A stretch of 64,000 nt of DNA, taken from the NCBI GenBank assembly GCA_041687695.1, contig JAWLBL010000031.1, forward strand, positions 21,581-85,580. The letters are read 5' to 3'. Of the stretch, positions 9,068-19,157 are shown piece by piece (position 1 is the stretch's first letter; each line of letters starts with the position of its first letter). The notes below the pieces were generated by a model that was given only the letters and a program-made list of their open reading frames with translations, did no database searches and was not told the origin of the DNA. The stretch comes from Myxococcota bacterium (GTDB lineage: Bacteria; Myxococcota_A; UBA9042; PHBI01; JAWLBL01). The position numbers were made by a program, and so were the translations under genes.

Positions 9068-11737
9068 ATGCAGGATCGTGAGCGGGACGCGGCGGAGACC
9101 ACGGAGGCGGCGGCGAGCGGGCGAGGCGCCGCCGAAGCGGGGGGCCCGTCGAAGCGGGAGCGGCTGGGCCTCGGGACGCAGCTCCGGGGCATGACCTACG
9201 CCGAAGGGGCAGCGCTGTTGCGGCCGGGCGGGGGCGGCGTCGTGCAGGCCAAGGCGGGCGGGCCACCCACGGGAGGCGCGGGAGGCGCGGGAGGCGGCGG
9301 GGCGCCGCTCCCCGAGGACGTGCGGGGCGGCATGGAGCAGGCCTTCGGGGCGGACTTCCGCGACGTGCGTGTCCACCAGGGGCCCGAGGCGGCGGCCATG
9401 GGGGCGGTGGCGTTCGCGCAGGGCAACGATCTGCACTTCCAGCCGGGCGCGTACGAGCCACGGGGCGCGGCGGGACGCGAGCTGCTCGGGCACGAGCTGA
9501 CGCACGTGCTGCAGCAGCGAGCCGGGCGCGTGGGCGGGGCGCAGGGCAAGGACGGGCTGATCGAGGCCGACCCGGCGCTCGAGGGTGAGGCGGACCGGCT
9601 GGGCGCTGCGGCGGCGCGCGGTGAGCAGGTGTCGGTGCCGGGGGCACAGGGCGCGGCTCCTCGCGGGGGGCCGATCCAGCGGATGAAGATCACGGGGACC
9701 AAGAAGGACTCCACGATCTTGAGCTTTCAGGAGATTGGGCAGCTGGACTTGGCCAAGTTGTCGAACGAGGAGCGCGGGGCCCTGGTGGAGCGCTTGCAGG
9801 AGCTCCTCACGATGGCGACCGAGGGCACGAAATACGAAGCAGCGATCAGGAACAAGCTGGACGAACTCGAGAACTGGGACGACAGCGAGTCGGAGGAGGA
9901 GGAGAAGGTCGACGAAGAGGTCGAGGTGGTCGAGATGGTCGACGAGGTCTTGGACAAGAAGGTGGAGCGCCGCAAGCGCAAGCCGGCTCCCAAGCGCAAG
10001 GTCGAGGAGGTCGTCGAAGACGAGTCGGAGGAGTCGTCCTCGAAGTCGACCTTGCGGTCGGTCGCCTTCTCTCCCATCGCGGACAAGGCCGACAGCAAGT
10101 ACGAGGACGTCGACAGCAAGATCGGCGGCAAGGCTGACGCGAAGCCGTCGAAGGGCTACCCGACCGCCTACATCGCCCAGGTGCCGACGCATCTCGGAGG
10201 GCAGGATCCCAGCGCGATCGCCGGCAACTACGAGCAGGGCGCCTTCGACGATCCCAACGCGGCGGCCGACCGACTGCGCGTGGCGGTGGGCGTCAACGCC
10301 TACCGGGACGTGGCCGATAACAACCGCGGCGAAGTCAAGGCGAAGGTGAAAAAGTCCGACTCGAAGGTGCGGATGGGGGCGTTCGGGTTCCTCTGGGAGC
10401 CCATGTGGGAGAAGACGGTCACCGAGGGCCAGAAGTCGGGCGACGACGAGCAGAGCAAGAACAAGAACAAGAACAAGAACAAGAACAAGAACAAGAAGAA
10501 GAAGGTCGAGACCAAGAGCAAGACGAAGATGAAGGCGAGCGAGGTCGCCGGGGACAAGGACGCCAAGGAGCTGGGGAGCGAGTACTTCACCAAGAAGGAG
10601 ACCCACGGAACGTCGGGGGTCACCCGGCAGGCCAAGATCCCCTATGGCAAGATCCGCGACCACATCAAGAACCACGACGTCACGGCCCAGCTGACCCAGG
10701 AGCTGACCACGGCGCACCAGCGGGTCTTCGTGCACGTCGGCGACGACGACGCCCAGCAGATGAAGGAGAAGCCCGGCAAGGGCATCCCGCTGGGGGAGGA
10801 CCAGGAGGCGTTGGGCCTATTGTCACGCTACGACGCCATCGTGCAGGACGATGAGGCGGCGCTGCTCGTCAGCGGCGGCTACGAGTTCCGACGCAAGAAG
10901 GACGGCGGAGACCTCGACGACAAGTCCGAGAAGGCCGAGATCACGCTCATCGCCCACCAGCTCGATCGAAAGATCCGCCAAGTGCTGGCGGACAAGCTAG
11001 GCCCGCTGGCGGTGTACTTCCCCGAGCCGAACACCATCTATCGGGTGACCAAGGAGAACTCGCGCATCGGAGAGGACGACGATCGCGACATCCCCATCTT
11101 CCACGACCCGAACGACACCAAGGGCGGCGGGTCCGCCGAGTCGCAGCAGATGGTGGCCAACCTGATGAAGCTGAATGGAGGCGGCAAGGCCATCTACGAT
11201 CCGAGGGCGTCGCTGGTCACCCAGACCAGCGGGCGGTTCGCCGAAGGCGAGAACGCGTTCGGCAAGCACCTCGAGAACGGGACGGTCGACCCCATCCTGG
11301 TCAAGCACATCGTCGGCCAGAACCAGTCGCACGCCAGCGAGCACGTGTGGCTGGACTCGGTCGGACAGCACAACAAGCTGGACGTGCAAGCCAAGAAGGA
11401 CAAACTCCCGCCCGCCTTCATCAAGGAGGTGTTCGAGGCCTTCGTCTGCACCAAGGGGGACTTCGGGCGAAAGTCGCGCACCAAGTGGAGCGCCGAGGAG
11501 TTTGCGAAGTTCCTCTCGACGACCATCGACTCGGTCCCCGGTGTCGAGGGAGTCAGCAAGAAGCACAGCAAGTATCTAGAAACGACGACCGGCAAGGCCG
11601 TGGTCGAGGCGGCCAAGGGCACCAACCTGCTCATCGTGGCGGCGATCAAGGATACGATAGAGAGGATTAAGAAGGACAATGGAAACAAGGATGTGAAGGT
11701 CTTGGGCCACGACGAGAAGAAGGAGAAGAAGAAGTAG
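9068..11737 (+). CDS. DUF4157 (eCIS core domain) protein with large unassigned C-terminal region; candidate polymorphic effector
   Basis: PLPEDVRGGMEQAFGADFRDVRVH...ELLGHELTHVLQQ...LEGEADRLG; PIQR boundary then K/E/D-rich, lower-GC region; start uncertain. Confidence 0.85.
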   Translation: MQDRERDAAETTEAAASGRGAAEAGGPSKRERLGLGTQLRGMTYAEGAALLRPGGGGVVQAKAGGPPTGGAGGAGGGGAPLPEDVRGGMEQAFGADFRDVRVHQGPEAAAMGAVAFAQGNDLHFQPGAYEPRGAAGRELLGHELTHVLQQRAGRVGGAQGKDGLIEADPALEGEADRLGAAAARGEQVSVPGAQGAAPRGGPIQRMKITGTKKDSTILSFQEIGQLDLAKLSNEERGALVERLQELLTMATEGTKYEAAIRNKLDELENWDDSESEEEEKVDEEVEVVEMVDEVLDKKVERRKRKPAPKRKVEEVVEDESEESSSKSTLRSVAFSPIADKADSKYEDVDSKIGGKADAKPSKGYPTAYIAQVPTHLGGQDPSAIAGNYEQGAFDDPNAAADRLRVAVGVNAYRDVADNNRGEVKAKVKKSDSKVRMGAFGFLWEPMWEKTVTEGQKSGDDEQSKNKNKNKNKNKNKKKKVETKSKTKMKASEVAGDKDAKELGSEYFTKKETHGTSGVTRQAKIPYGKIRDHIKNHDVTAQLTQELTTAHQRVFVHVGDDDAQQMKEKPGKGIPLGEDQEALGLLSRYDAIVQDDEAALLVSGGYEFRRKKDGGDLDDKSEKAEITLIAHQLDRKIRQVLADKLGPLAVYFPEPNTIYRVTKENSRIGEDDDRDIPIFHDPNDTKGGGSAESQQMVANLMKLNGGGKAIYDPRASLVTQTSGRFAEGENAFGKHLENGTVDPILVKHIVGQNQSHASEHVWLDSVGQHNKLDVQAKKDKLPPAFIKEVFEAFVCTKGDFGRKSRTKWSAEEFAKFLSTTIDSVPGVEGVSKKHSKYLETTTGKAVVEAAKGTNLLIVAAIKDTIERIKKDNGNKDVKVLGHDEKKEKKK
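10456..10497 (+). repeat. (CAAGAA)7 in-frame microsatellite encoding a KN repeat
   Basis: Seven exact hexamers; protein SKNKNKNKNKNKNKKKK. Confidence 0.95.
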
Positions 11738-11739
11738 CC

Positions 11740-13116
11740 ATGGGTAGGTACGAGGCCATAGACGACATCCTCGACGAGGACCCGTCCGAGGAGGGGTGGG
11801 CCGAGCTGAGGGAGGTGCTCGAGGCGTGGACGCCGGCCTCGGTCGACCAGGCCGTGGCGCACGCCGAGGCGCGGCTGGAGGGATGGCCCTGGGCGCTGCG
11901 GGCCGCCGGGCCCGAGGACTGGGAGCCGATCGAAGCGGGCGAGGGGCTGCCCGTGTGGTGGCCGCTGGTGCGTCACCTCACGCTGGGACGCCATCAATAC
12001 GTCGACGATCCCGAGGTCCTCGCGGGGCTCTGGTCGTTGGAGGCCAGCGCGACCGAGCTCGAGCCGGACCTCGTGGGTGAGCTGACCGGGCTGCGCGCGT
12101 TGAGCATCGCGCACCTGGGCGCGGAGCTCGAGGATCTCGAGGCGCTCCGCCGGCTGGTGCACCTCGAGCGGCTCGAGGTGGTCGCCTGCAAGGAGCTGCA
12201 GGACATCGGCGCGCTGGCGGCGTTGAAGGCGCTTCGGGACCTGAGCCTGGCCGCGTGTGACGCGGTGCGCTCGGTCGCGCCCCTGTCCGGGCTGCGGTTG
12301 CGCACGCTCGATCTGAGGGGCACGCGGCAGATCGAGGCGCTGGCACCGGTTGGAGAGCTGCTGTCACTCGAGGCGCTGGTGCTGAGGGACTGCCCGTGGG
12401 TCGAGGATCTGGGCCCGCTTGGCGGGCTGCACAGCCTGCGCTCGCTCGACCTCGATCGGTGCTCCGCCGTCCGCGACCTGACGCCCGTCGGCCGACTGCG
12501 AGCGCTGGAGGTCTTGACGGTGGGCCGCGCCCGCGTCGAGGATCTCTCGCCGCTGGCCGCGCTGCCCCGTTTGCGCGAGCTGCGGTTGCGTGACCTGCCC
12601 GCCGTCACGAGCGTTCCAGAGCTGACGGTCGCCGACGTGCTCGAGATCGAGGGGCTGCCCCAGCTGACCTCGCTCAGCTTCCCCAAAGGCGAGCTGGAGC
12701 GCGCGCGCGTCGTCGCGTGTCCGAGGCTGCGAGCGGTGGGAAGGCTCGACCGGGCGCACGACGTGCAGAGCCTCGAGCTGCGCCGCGTCGGGCTGTCGGA
12801 CTTGCGGTCGCTGAGCGCCGCCCCGGGGCTCGTCGTGCTGACGGTCAGCGAGGCCGCTGACCTGGTGACGCTGGAAGGGCTCGGGTCCGCGCCGACCATC
12901 GAGCACCTCGTCGTGACGTACTGTCCGCGCCTGTCCGACATCTCGGCGGTCCGGAGCCTGCCGGACGTCCGCACCATGGATCTCAAGGGCTGCACGGGCT
13001 TGCACGATGCGAGCCCGCTGCTCGAGCTGATCTCGCTGGAGTCGGCGGATCTGTCGGGGTGCGACGCGCTGGACTGGCGGCCGCTCGACGAGGCCATGTT
13101 CGCGGTCTCGCGCTGA
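11740..13116 (+). CDS. Leucine-rich repeat protein (candidate immunity partner)
   Basis: Many LxxLxxLxxLxL units; no signal peptide; starts 2 nt after the DUF4157 gene. Confidence 0.88.
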   Translation: MGRYEAIDDILDEDPSEEGWAELREVLEAWTPASVDQAVAHAEARLEGWPWALRAAGPEDWEPIEAGEGLPVWWPLVRHLTLGRHQYVDDPEVLAGLWSLEASATELEPDLVGELTGLRALSIAHLGAELEDLEALRRLVHLERLEVVACKELQDIGALAALKALRDLSLAACDAVRSVAPLSGLRLRTLDLRGTRQIEALAPVGELLSLEALVLRDCPWVEDLGPLGGLHSLRSLDLDRCSAVRDLTPVGRLRALEVLTVGRARVEDLSPLAALPRLRELRLRDLPAVTSVPELTVADVLEIEGLPQLTSLSFPKGELERARVVACPRLRAVGRLDRAHDVQSLELRRVGLSDLRSLSAAPGLVVLTVSEAADLVTLEGLGSAPTIEHLVVTYCPRLSDISAVRSLPDVRTMDLKGCTGLHDASPLLELISLESADLSGCDALDWRPLDEAMFAVSR

Positions 13117-13274
13117 GCGGCTGACGGACGCTGGGGCCGCCAGGGCGGCGGCCTCGCGGGCCGAGGTTGCGACGACTCGACGCGGCGGCCCTCGGTGGCA
13201 TGCGAGCGAGGGCCGCCGCGCAGCCCAGGCTCGGCTTGGACGGCGGACGACGAGGTCGGGTCCCGCGCGCGGGG

Positions 13275-14066
13275 TCAGAAGAAGAAGCGATACCCCAGGG
13301 CCAGGTTGAGGGCGCCGGTGTTGGTGTCGCGCATGATGAAGCCGTCGAGCGGCGAGTAGCCGAGCTGGAGCTCGAGCAGGAGGGCGCCGGGGCCGACGAA
13401 GAGGTCGCCGCCGAGGGCCGCGTAGAAGCCGGGCTCGGTGGCCGTCTCGTCGTTTTGGCCGAAGGGCTCGCCGCCGCCGGTGCCGGTCACCTCCGTCTCC
13501 ATCAGGTACAGGCGGCCGCCGAGAGCCGCGTAGGGGCGGAAGAGGTTGGTGGCCAGCGGGAGGCGGTAGAGCAGGCCGGCGGTGACGATGGCCTGGCGCT
13601 GGGTGACGTCGTAGGTCATGACGCCGTCGCCCGGCAGGCGCGGGTCGGGCTCGGTGGTGCGGCCCTCGGTCTCGGGGGCGCTGTACTGGCCCGAGACGAA
13701 GACCTGCAGCGCGCGGTCCAGGACCGGCAGGACGTAGCCGAGTTCGAGCTCGCCCACGAACGAGGAGCCCAGGTCGCCGAAGGGCTGGCTGAAGCCGCCG
13801 CCGACCTTGAGGCCGACCACCAGGCCGGAGGTGTCCGGGCGCTGGTAGACGGGGAGCTCGGTCTCGACCGGCTCGGCCGGCGCGACCACCTCGCCAGACG
13901 GGCTGGGGGCGGGCGCCTCGGTGTCCGGCGCCGGCGTGGGCGCCTGGGCCTCGGGGGCCGGGGTGGGATCGACCGGCTCGGTGGGTGCGGGCTGGGCCGC
14001 CGCGGAGCCGGCGAGGCCGGCCCACACGAGGGTCGAAGCGAACACGATGTTGCTGCGCAGGATCAT
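13275..14066 (-). CDS. Outer-membrane beta-barrel protein with Pro-rich N-terminal linker
   Basis: Signal peptide, amphipathic strands, C-term LALGYRFFF. Confidence 0.8.
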   Translation of the reverse strand: MILRSNIVFASTLVWAGLAGSAAAQPAPTEPVDPTPAPEAQAPTPAPDTEAPAPSPSGEVVAPAEPVETELPVYQRPDTSGLVVGLKVGGGFSQPFGDLGSSFVGELELGYVLPVLDRALQVFVSGQYSAPETEGRTTEPDPRLPGDGVMTYDVTQRQAIVTAGLLYRLPLATNLFRPYAALGGRLYLMETEVTGTGGGEPFGQNDETATEPGFYAALGGDLFVGPGALLLELQLGYSPLDGFIMRDTNTGALNLALGYRFFF

Positions 14067-14080
14067 CGCTGCCTCTCCTA

Positions 14081-17000
14081 CTATTGGACCGTCTGCTCGA
14101 CGGTGGCCCTCGGCGCCGTGCCGCTCCAACCACCGATGACGAAGAAGAACGCGCTCTCCTGGGCCGACCCGGCGTAGATGGTCGGCAGCAGGATGGTGCC
14201 GCCGCCCAGCGCGTTCCAGCCGACCAGGTTCGGCGGGCCGCCTTCGCACTGGCCGCCGCCGGCCGAGCAGACCTGCGCCGAGATGCCGTTGGCCTGCGCG
14301 TTGCCGTTCTGCCCGCCGTGCAGGTAGACGAAGCCGCCGCCGTCGCCGTAGGCGTACCCGGCCGCGGCGTTCTGGGTGTTGTCGACCGACATCCAGCTGG
14401 TCAGCTGGCCGCCAGGACCGACCAGGCCCGCCTGCACGGCGTTGTTGGCGCTGCCACCGCTGGTGCGGCCGGGGCCGACCAGGATCCAGATGTTGCCGGC
14501 GCCGATGGCCGACACGTCGGTCTCGGTGAGCACCCAGTGGCCCAGCTCCGCGCGCGCCGGGCTGAGGATGTCCTCGACCTCGGTGAAGGGCGACACGGCC
14601 TGCAGCTCGCGCTCGAGCCCCGCGACCGAGCTGGGCGTGACGGTGACGGTGGCGAACTCGTAGCTGGCGAGGGTGGTGCCGGCCTCGTCGCGGCCGCCGA
14701 AGGCGTAGAGGTAGAAGGTGTCCGGGGCGTCGGGCGCGGGCACGGCGGTGACCGTCAGCGCCTCGCGCGCGGTGTTCAGCGTCGCGACCGGGTGCCAGAC
14801 CCCGAGGGAGCCGGCCGGCAGCGGCACGACGGACGGATCGGTGTCCTGGCCGGCGTCGGTGAAGGCGGTGGTGTCGCCGCCCGCGACCTCGGCCAGCAGC
14901 TCCACCTGGTCAGGGCTCGCGTCGGGGCCCGGCGTGCGGTAGACGCGGTAGCCCGAGGCGCCGGCCACCTCCTCCCACCGCAGCGTCAGCTCGAGCCCGG
15001 GGATGTCGGGCAGCTGGACCACCAGCACCTCGCCGGGCAGGCCCTCGCCGCCCGGGTTGGCGGGGTCGTCCTCGGGGAAGACCGCCGCGACCCGGTAGGT
15101 CCACAGGCCGGCGCCGGCGCCCGCGCCGGATTCCTCGTCCAGGCTGATGCCGATGTCGAAGATGGTCGGCGCGATGAGCGGGTTGAGCACCTGCGCGCGC
15201 AGCACCGTCGACACGGCGCCGTCGCCGTCGTGGCCGCCGACCAGGTAGACGTACTGACCGATGGTCGTGGCGCCTGCGAAGGTGCGCGGCGCCGGCAGCT
15301 CGCTGACCTGCAGGCTCCAGGCGCCCAGGTTGCCGAAGATGTCGAGGCTGGCCGACTCGACGGTGGCCTTGGCGGTGTCCAGCGTCCCGGCGTCGCCGCC
15401 GATGGCGTACAGGAAGCGGCTGGTGACCGTGGGGCGGCCGGGCGTCGTGGCGACCGCGCGGCGCGGCTCGACCAGCTCGGAGGTGAGCGACCAGGGGAAG
15501 AGGTTCTGGGCGGGCTCCTTGACGGAGACCGCCGAGAAGCGGAAGCGGGTGCCGTCCTCGTTGGTGACCACCACGATGCAGACGTTGCCGGCCGCGACGC
15601 TGCCGAGGTTGGCCGAGCCGGTGATGACGGTGCCCTCGGCGTTCACGGTAACGCCGGTGACCGGGGCCACGACCTCGGCGGAGCCGCCGAAGGGCCGGCA
15701 GACCAGCTCGACCGTGGCGTTGGCCGAGAAGTCCTCGCCGGTGATGGCGATGGGGGTCACCGAGTTGGCGTCGAGCGTCGATGGGGCGACGGCCAGGACG
15801 AGCGGCGGCGGGTCGGCGGTGATGGTGATGGCGTCCTCGAGCACGCCGACCGAGGCGTCGGGGTTGACGACGATGAGGTCGTACTGGCCCGGGTCCATGC
15901 CCTCGGGGATCACGGCGGTCAGCGTCGTGCTGTTGACGAAGAGGACCGCGCGCAGGTTGGTGGCGACGGCCGCGGTCGAGTCGGCGGGGTTGAGGTAGGC
16001 GCGCGGCGTGGACTGGAAGTCGACCTCGCCCTCGGCCGGGGCGGCGGCCTGCAGGGTGACGGCGGTGTCGCGGCCGGTCCAGGCGAACTCGGGGTCGATG
16101 TCGACCAGGGCCAGGACCAGGTCGTCGGTGACGGTGAGGCCGCCGTCGAGGACGCCGACGCAGCCGGTCTGGCTGGTCACGCGGACGCTCCAGGCGCCGG
16201 CGGCCAGGCCCGCCGGGACGTCGACCCGGATGCGGTTGGGCTCGCCGGGGGGCGACTCGCCGGCCAGCTCGACCACCTCGTCGTTCGGGCCGAGCAGCTC
16301 GACCGTCTGGGCGACGTCGGGCAGGCCGGCGGTGTAGATGGTGGCCTGGATCTGGATGCCGCTGTAGAGCACCGGCGGGTCGACGAAGAAGACCAGCGGG
16401 GTCGGCTGCACGTCGACCGCCAGGGCCAGGGTGTCGGCGCAGCCCTCGGCGTTGGAGACGGTCAGGTCGTAGGTCCCGGGCGGGACGGTCTCGCCGAAGC
16501 TCGCCTCGAGAGTGTTGGCGTCGACGAAGGCGACCGAGAGGGCGGGGAAGCTCTGGCCGTCGGCCTCGAGCAGGACGCTGGCGGCCGGGCTGAAGTTGGC
16601 GCCGCTCAAGGTCAGGGTGCCGCCGACCGCCGAGCAGAACTCGGTGGGGGCGACGGCGGTGACGCTGGGGACCGGGGTGACGAAGAAGACGTCGGTGGCG
16701 GTGACGCCGCAGCCGGAGGGGGCGGGGTTGGTGACCGAGACGGTGACCGGGCCGTCGGAGAGCTGGGAGGGGTCGATGGTGGCGGTGAACTCGGTGCAGC
16801 TCTCGACCGCGAGGCCGGGGACGCCGAGGTCGGTGCAGCCGTCGACGGCGGTGACCGCGCCGGCGTTGCCGTCGACCTCGATGAGGGGGTCGACGCCGGC
16901 CACGCGGAGGAAGCCGGTGCCGGTGAAGGTCACCGCCTGGGCGGCGGCGGCGTTGCAGACGCTGGCCGGGCTGGCGCCGAGGACCTGGACCGGCGGCGGG

Positions 17001-18847
17001 ACGGCCAGCGCGCCCTCGGAGACGCTGGCGCACGAGGCCGGATAGGGGTTGGTGACGGTGATGGGCGGGGTGCCCTCGGTCAGGGCGCCCTGGGCGACGG
17101 TGACGGTGAGGGAGGTGCACTCCTCGACGGCGAAGGGGCCGAGCTGCTTGGCGGTGCAGCCGTCGGCGGCGTCGGTGGCGACCGCGGTGTCGCCGATGAC
17201 GACCGCGGGCAGCTCGGTGCCGTCGACGCGGAGGAAGCCCGTGCCGGTCAGGACCAGGGTGCGTGAGCCCTCGTCGGTGCAGACCAGGGCAGGGTCGGCG
17301 GCGTCGACCACCGGCGGGGCGACGACGGGGATCTCGTCGGCGAAGGTGTCGGAGCAGCCGGCGGGCGAGGGGTTGGTGACGGCGACGGTGGCGGCGCCGT
17401 CGGTGACGCTGGCGGGGTTGATGGTGACGTCGAGGGTGGTGCAGGCCTGCACCGCGTGGCCGGGGACGGTCACGTCGGCGCAGCCGCCGGGGGCGACGGC
17501 GTCGGCGGAGAGCGCGGCCCCGTCGACGGTCACCTCGGGTTTGACCGCGTCGACCACGAAGAAGTAGGTCCCGGTCAGCTGCAGGACCTGGTCGCTGCCG
17601 TCGTCGCAGAGGCTGGGCGGCTCGATGTCGGCGATGGTGGGCGGCGGGACCAGGACCAGGGCGGTCGAGGTGGAGCCGGAGCAGCCGGCGGGCGGCGGGT
17701 TGGTGACCACCAGGGTGGGGGTCTCGGGCGCCGCGACGGTGGCCTGGGGGACGACGATGTTCAGGCGGGTGCAGGTGCGGACCGTGTGGCCCTGGGTCTC
17801 GAGATCGGCGCAGCCTTCGACGCCGGTGACGGTGATGTCGGCGCCGTCGAGGGTCACCGCCGGCAGCTGGCCGTCGACCTCGAGGTAGCCCGTGCCCTCG
17901 AGCTGCACGTCGCGGGTGCCCTCGGCGTGGCAGGCCATCGAGGGCACGGCGGCGTCGATGGTGGGCGGCGGGACGACGCGCAGGTTGACCGCCTCTTCGC
18001 TGGTGCAGGCGGCGGTCTCGGGGTTGCCCACGGTCACGCCGGGGAAGCCGACCGGGACGGAGTCCTGGGCGAAGGTGACCGTGGCGGTGCGGCACAGCTG
18101 GGCGTCGACGCCTTTGTGGGCGACGGGCGTGCAGTCGGTGAAGGCGTCGGCGGCGAACGCGGTCTGGACGCCGTCGATGGCGAAGCGGGCCTCGGCGCCG
18201 TTCAAGGTCAGGAAGGACTGGCCGCTGAAGGTGACGGTGCGGGGTCCCTCGGCGAGGCAGACGAGGCCGGGCGCGGGGGGCGTGTCGAGGGTGGGCTTGT
18301 CGACGACGGCCAGGGCGCCGACCGAGGTGGCGTGGTTGGTGTTGGGGTTGGTGACGCGCACGTCGTAGACGCCGGCGGGCAGCGGGCCTTCGGTGGCGTC
18401 GGGCAGGGTGACGGCCTGGTCGACGGTCAGGGTCATCTGCGTCTGGCTCTGCCAGGACAGCAGGGCGGCGTTGGTCGCGTCGGGCAGGCCGCTGTAGACG
18501 ACCTCGGCCGCGTCGCCGGGGGCGCCGTCGAGGGTGAGGCCGCGGACCAGGGTGACCGTGGGCAGGGCGGCGCGGGGGTCGTCCGGGATGTCGATGGGCA
18601 CCGGCGAGAAGTCGGTGCCGGTGATGACCACGTCGGTGGTGAGCTGGTGGCGGCAGATGAGGCCGGGGTCGATCGGCAGCGCGGTCCCGGCCGGGGGGAT
18701 GGCCTCGGGGGTCTCGACCGCCGGGGTGGGCCCGGTGACCTCGTCGCTGCAGCCCAGCGGGCCGGCGGCCAGCAGCGCCGCGCTCGCCATCGTCCGCGCC
18801 AGCCGCCACGCCGGCCGGCGCACTCCGTCGTTCACACGCTTGCCCAT
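14081..18847 (-). CDS. Large lipoprotein with IPT/TIG-like repeats and C-terminal Kelch repeats
   Basis: Lipobox PLGC; repeated P..C..LTGTGF..VTNP.P..C units; Kelch LYAIGG, VYLVGGHDG, LYAFGG, FFVIGG. Confidence 0.85.
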   Translation of the reverse strand: MGKRVNDGVRRPAWRLARTMASAALLAAGPLGCSDEVTGPTPAVETPEAIPPAGTALPIDPGLICRHQLTTDVVITGTDFSPVPIDIPDDPRAALPTVTLVRGLTLDGAPGDAAEVVYSGLPDATNAALLSWQSQTQMTLTVDQAVTLPDATEGPLPAGVYDVRVTNPNTNHATSVGALAVVDKPTLDTPPAPGLVCLAEGPRTVTFSGQSFLTLNGAEARFAIDGVQTAFAADAFTDCTPVAHKGVDAQLCRTATVTFAQDSVPVGFPGVTVGNPETAACTSEEAVNLRVVPPPTIDAAVPSMACHAEGTRDVQLEGTGYLEVDGQLPAVTLDGADITVTGVEGCADLETQGHTVRTCTRLNIVVPQATVAAPETPTLVVTNPPPAGCSGSTSTALVLVPPPTIADIEPPSLCDDGSDQVLQLTGTYFFVVDAVKPEVTVDGAALSADAVAPGGCADVTVPGHAVQACTTLDVTINPASVTDGAATVAVTNPSPAGCSDTFADEIPVVAPPVVDAADPALVCTDEGSRTLVLTGTGFLRVDGTELPAVVIGDTAVATDAADGCTAKQLGPFAVEECTSLTVTVAQGALTEGTPPITVTNPYPASCASVSEGALAVPPPVQVLGASPASVCNAAAAQAVTFTGTGFLRVAGVDPLIEVDGNAGAVTAVDGCTDLGVPGLAVESCTEFTATIDPSQLSDGPVTVSVTNPAPSGCGVTATDVFFVTPVPSVTAVAPTEFCSAVGGTLTLSGANFSPAASVLLEADGQSFPALSVAFVDANTLEASFGETVPPGTYDLTVSNAEGCADTLALAVDVQPTPLVFFVDPPVLYSGIQIQATIYTAGLPDVAQTVELLGPNDEVVELAGESPPGEPNRIRVDVPAGLAAGAWSVRVTSQTGCVGVLDGGLTVTDDLVLALVDIDPEFAWTGRDTAVTLQAAAPAEGEVDFQSTPRAYLNPADSTAAVATNLRAVLFVNSTTLTAVIPEGMDPGQYDLIVVNPDASVGVLEDAITITADPPPLVLAVAPSTLDANSVTPIAITGEDFSANATVELVCRPFGGSAEVVAPVTGVTVNAEGTVITGSANLGSVAAGNVCIVVVTNEDGTRFRFSAVSVKEPAQNLFPWSLTSELVEPRRAVATTPGRPTVTSRFLYAIGGDAGTLDTAKATVESASLDIFGNLGAWSLQVSELPAPRTFAGATTIGQYVYLVGGHDGDGAVSTVLRAQVLNPLIAPTIFDIGISLDEESGAGAGAGLWTYRVAAVFPEDDPANPGGEGLPGEVLVVQLPDIPGLELTLRWEEVAGASGYRVYRTPGPDASPDQVELLAEVAGGDTTAFTDAGQDTDPSVVPLPAGSLGVWHPVATLNTAREALTVTAVPAPDAPDTFYLYAFGGRDEAGTTLASYEFATVTVTPSSVAGLERELQAVSPFTEVEDILSPARAELGHWVLTETDVSAIGAGNIWILVGPGRTSGGSANNAVQAGLVGPGGQLTSWMSVDNTQNAAAGYAYGDGGGFVYLHGGQNGNAQANGISAQVCSAGGGQCEGGPPNLVGWNALGGGTILLPTIYAGSAQESAFFFVIGGWSGTAPRATVEQTVQ

Positions 18848-18913
18848 GGAATCGCCCTCGGCGCGTCGGAGAACTGAGACCGGCCTGGTTCGGGGTTGCC
18901 TCGGGCCGGCAAG

Positions 18914-18929
18914 GGCAAGCTATCGGCCG
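18914..18929 (-). promoter_or_regulatory. Weak sigma54-type promoter candidate
   Basis: Minus strand CGGCCGATAGCTTGCC (GG-N10-GC, TTGC) about 70 nt upstream of ATG 18847. Confidence 0.35.
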
Positions 18930-19157
18930 GCGGCGGGGCGGGGCAATGGCCGCCGAGCACAATGCGTTGACCTCTGGAATACACCGGAGGTCCGGAGTAG
19001 CGCGAATCGACTGACCTGGCGGGCACGGCGGCGGCACCGCAACGCAACCGTCGAATACGGCCGGCGCCGCGGAGCGACTCGGGGCGGGAGCGGTCCGTCG
19101 CCGCGGCGTCGGGCGCGAGGAGCGCGGCCGAGCGGCGACGACGGGCCGGGTGGAGCG

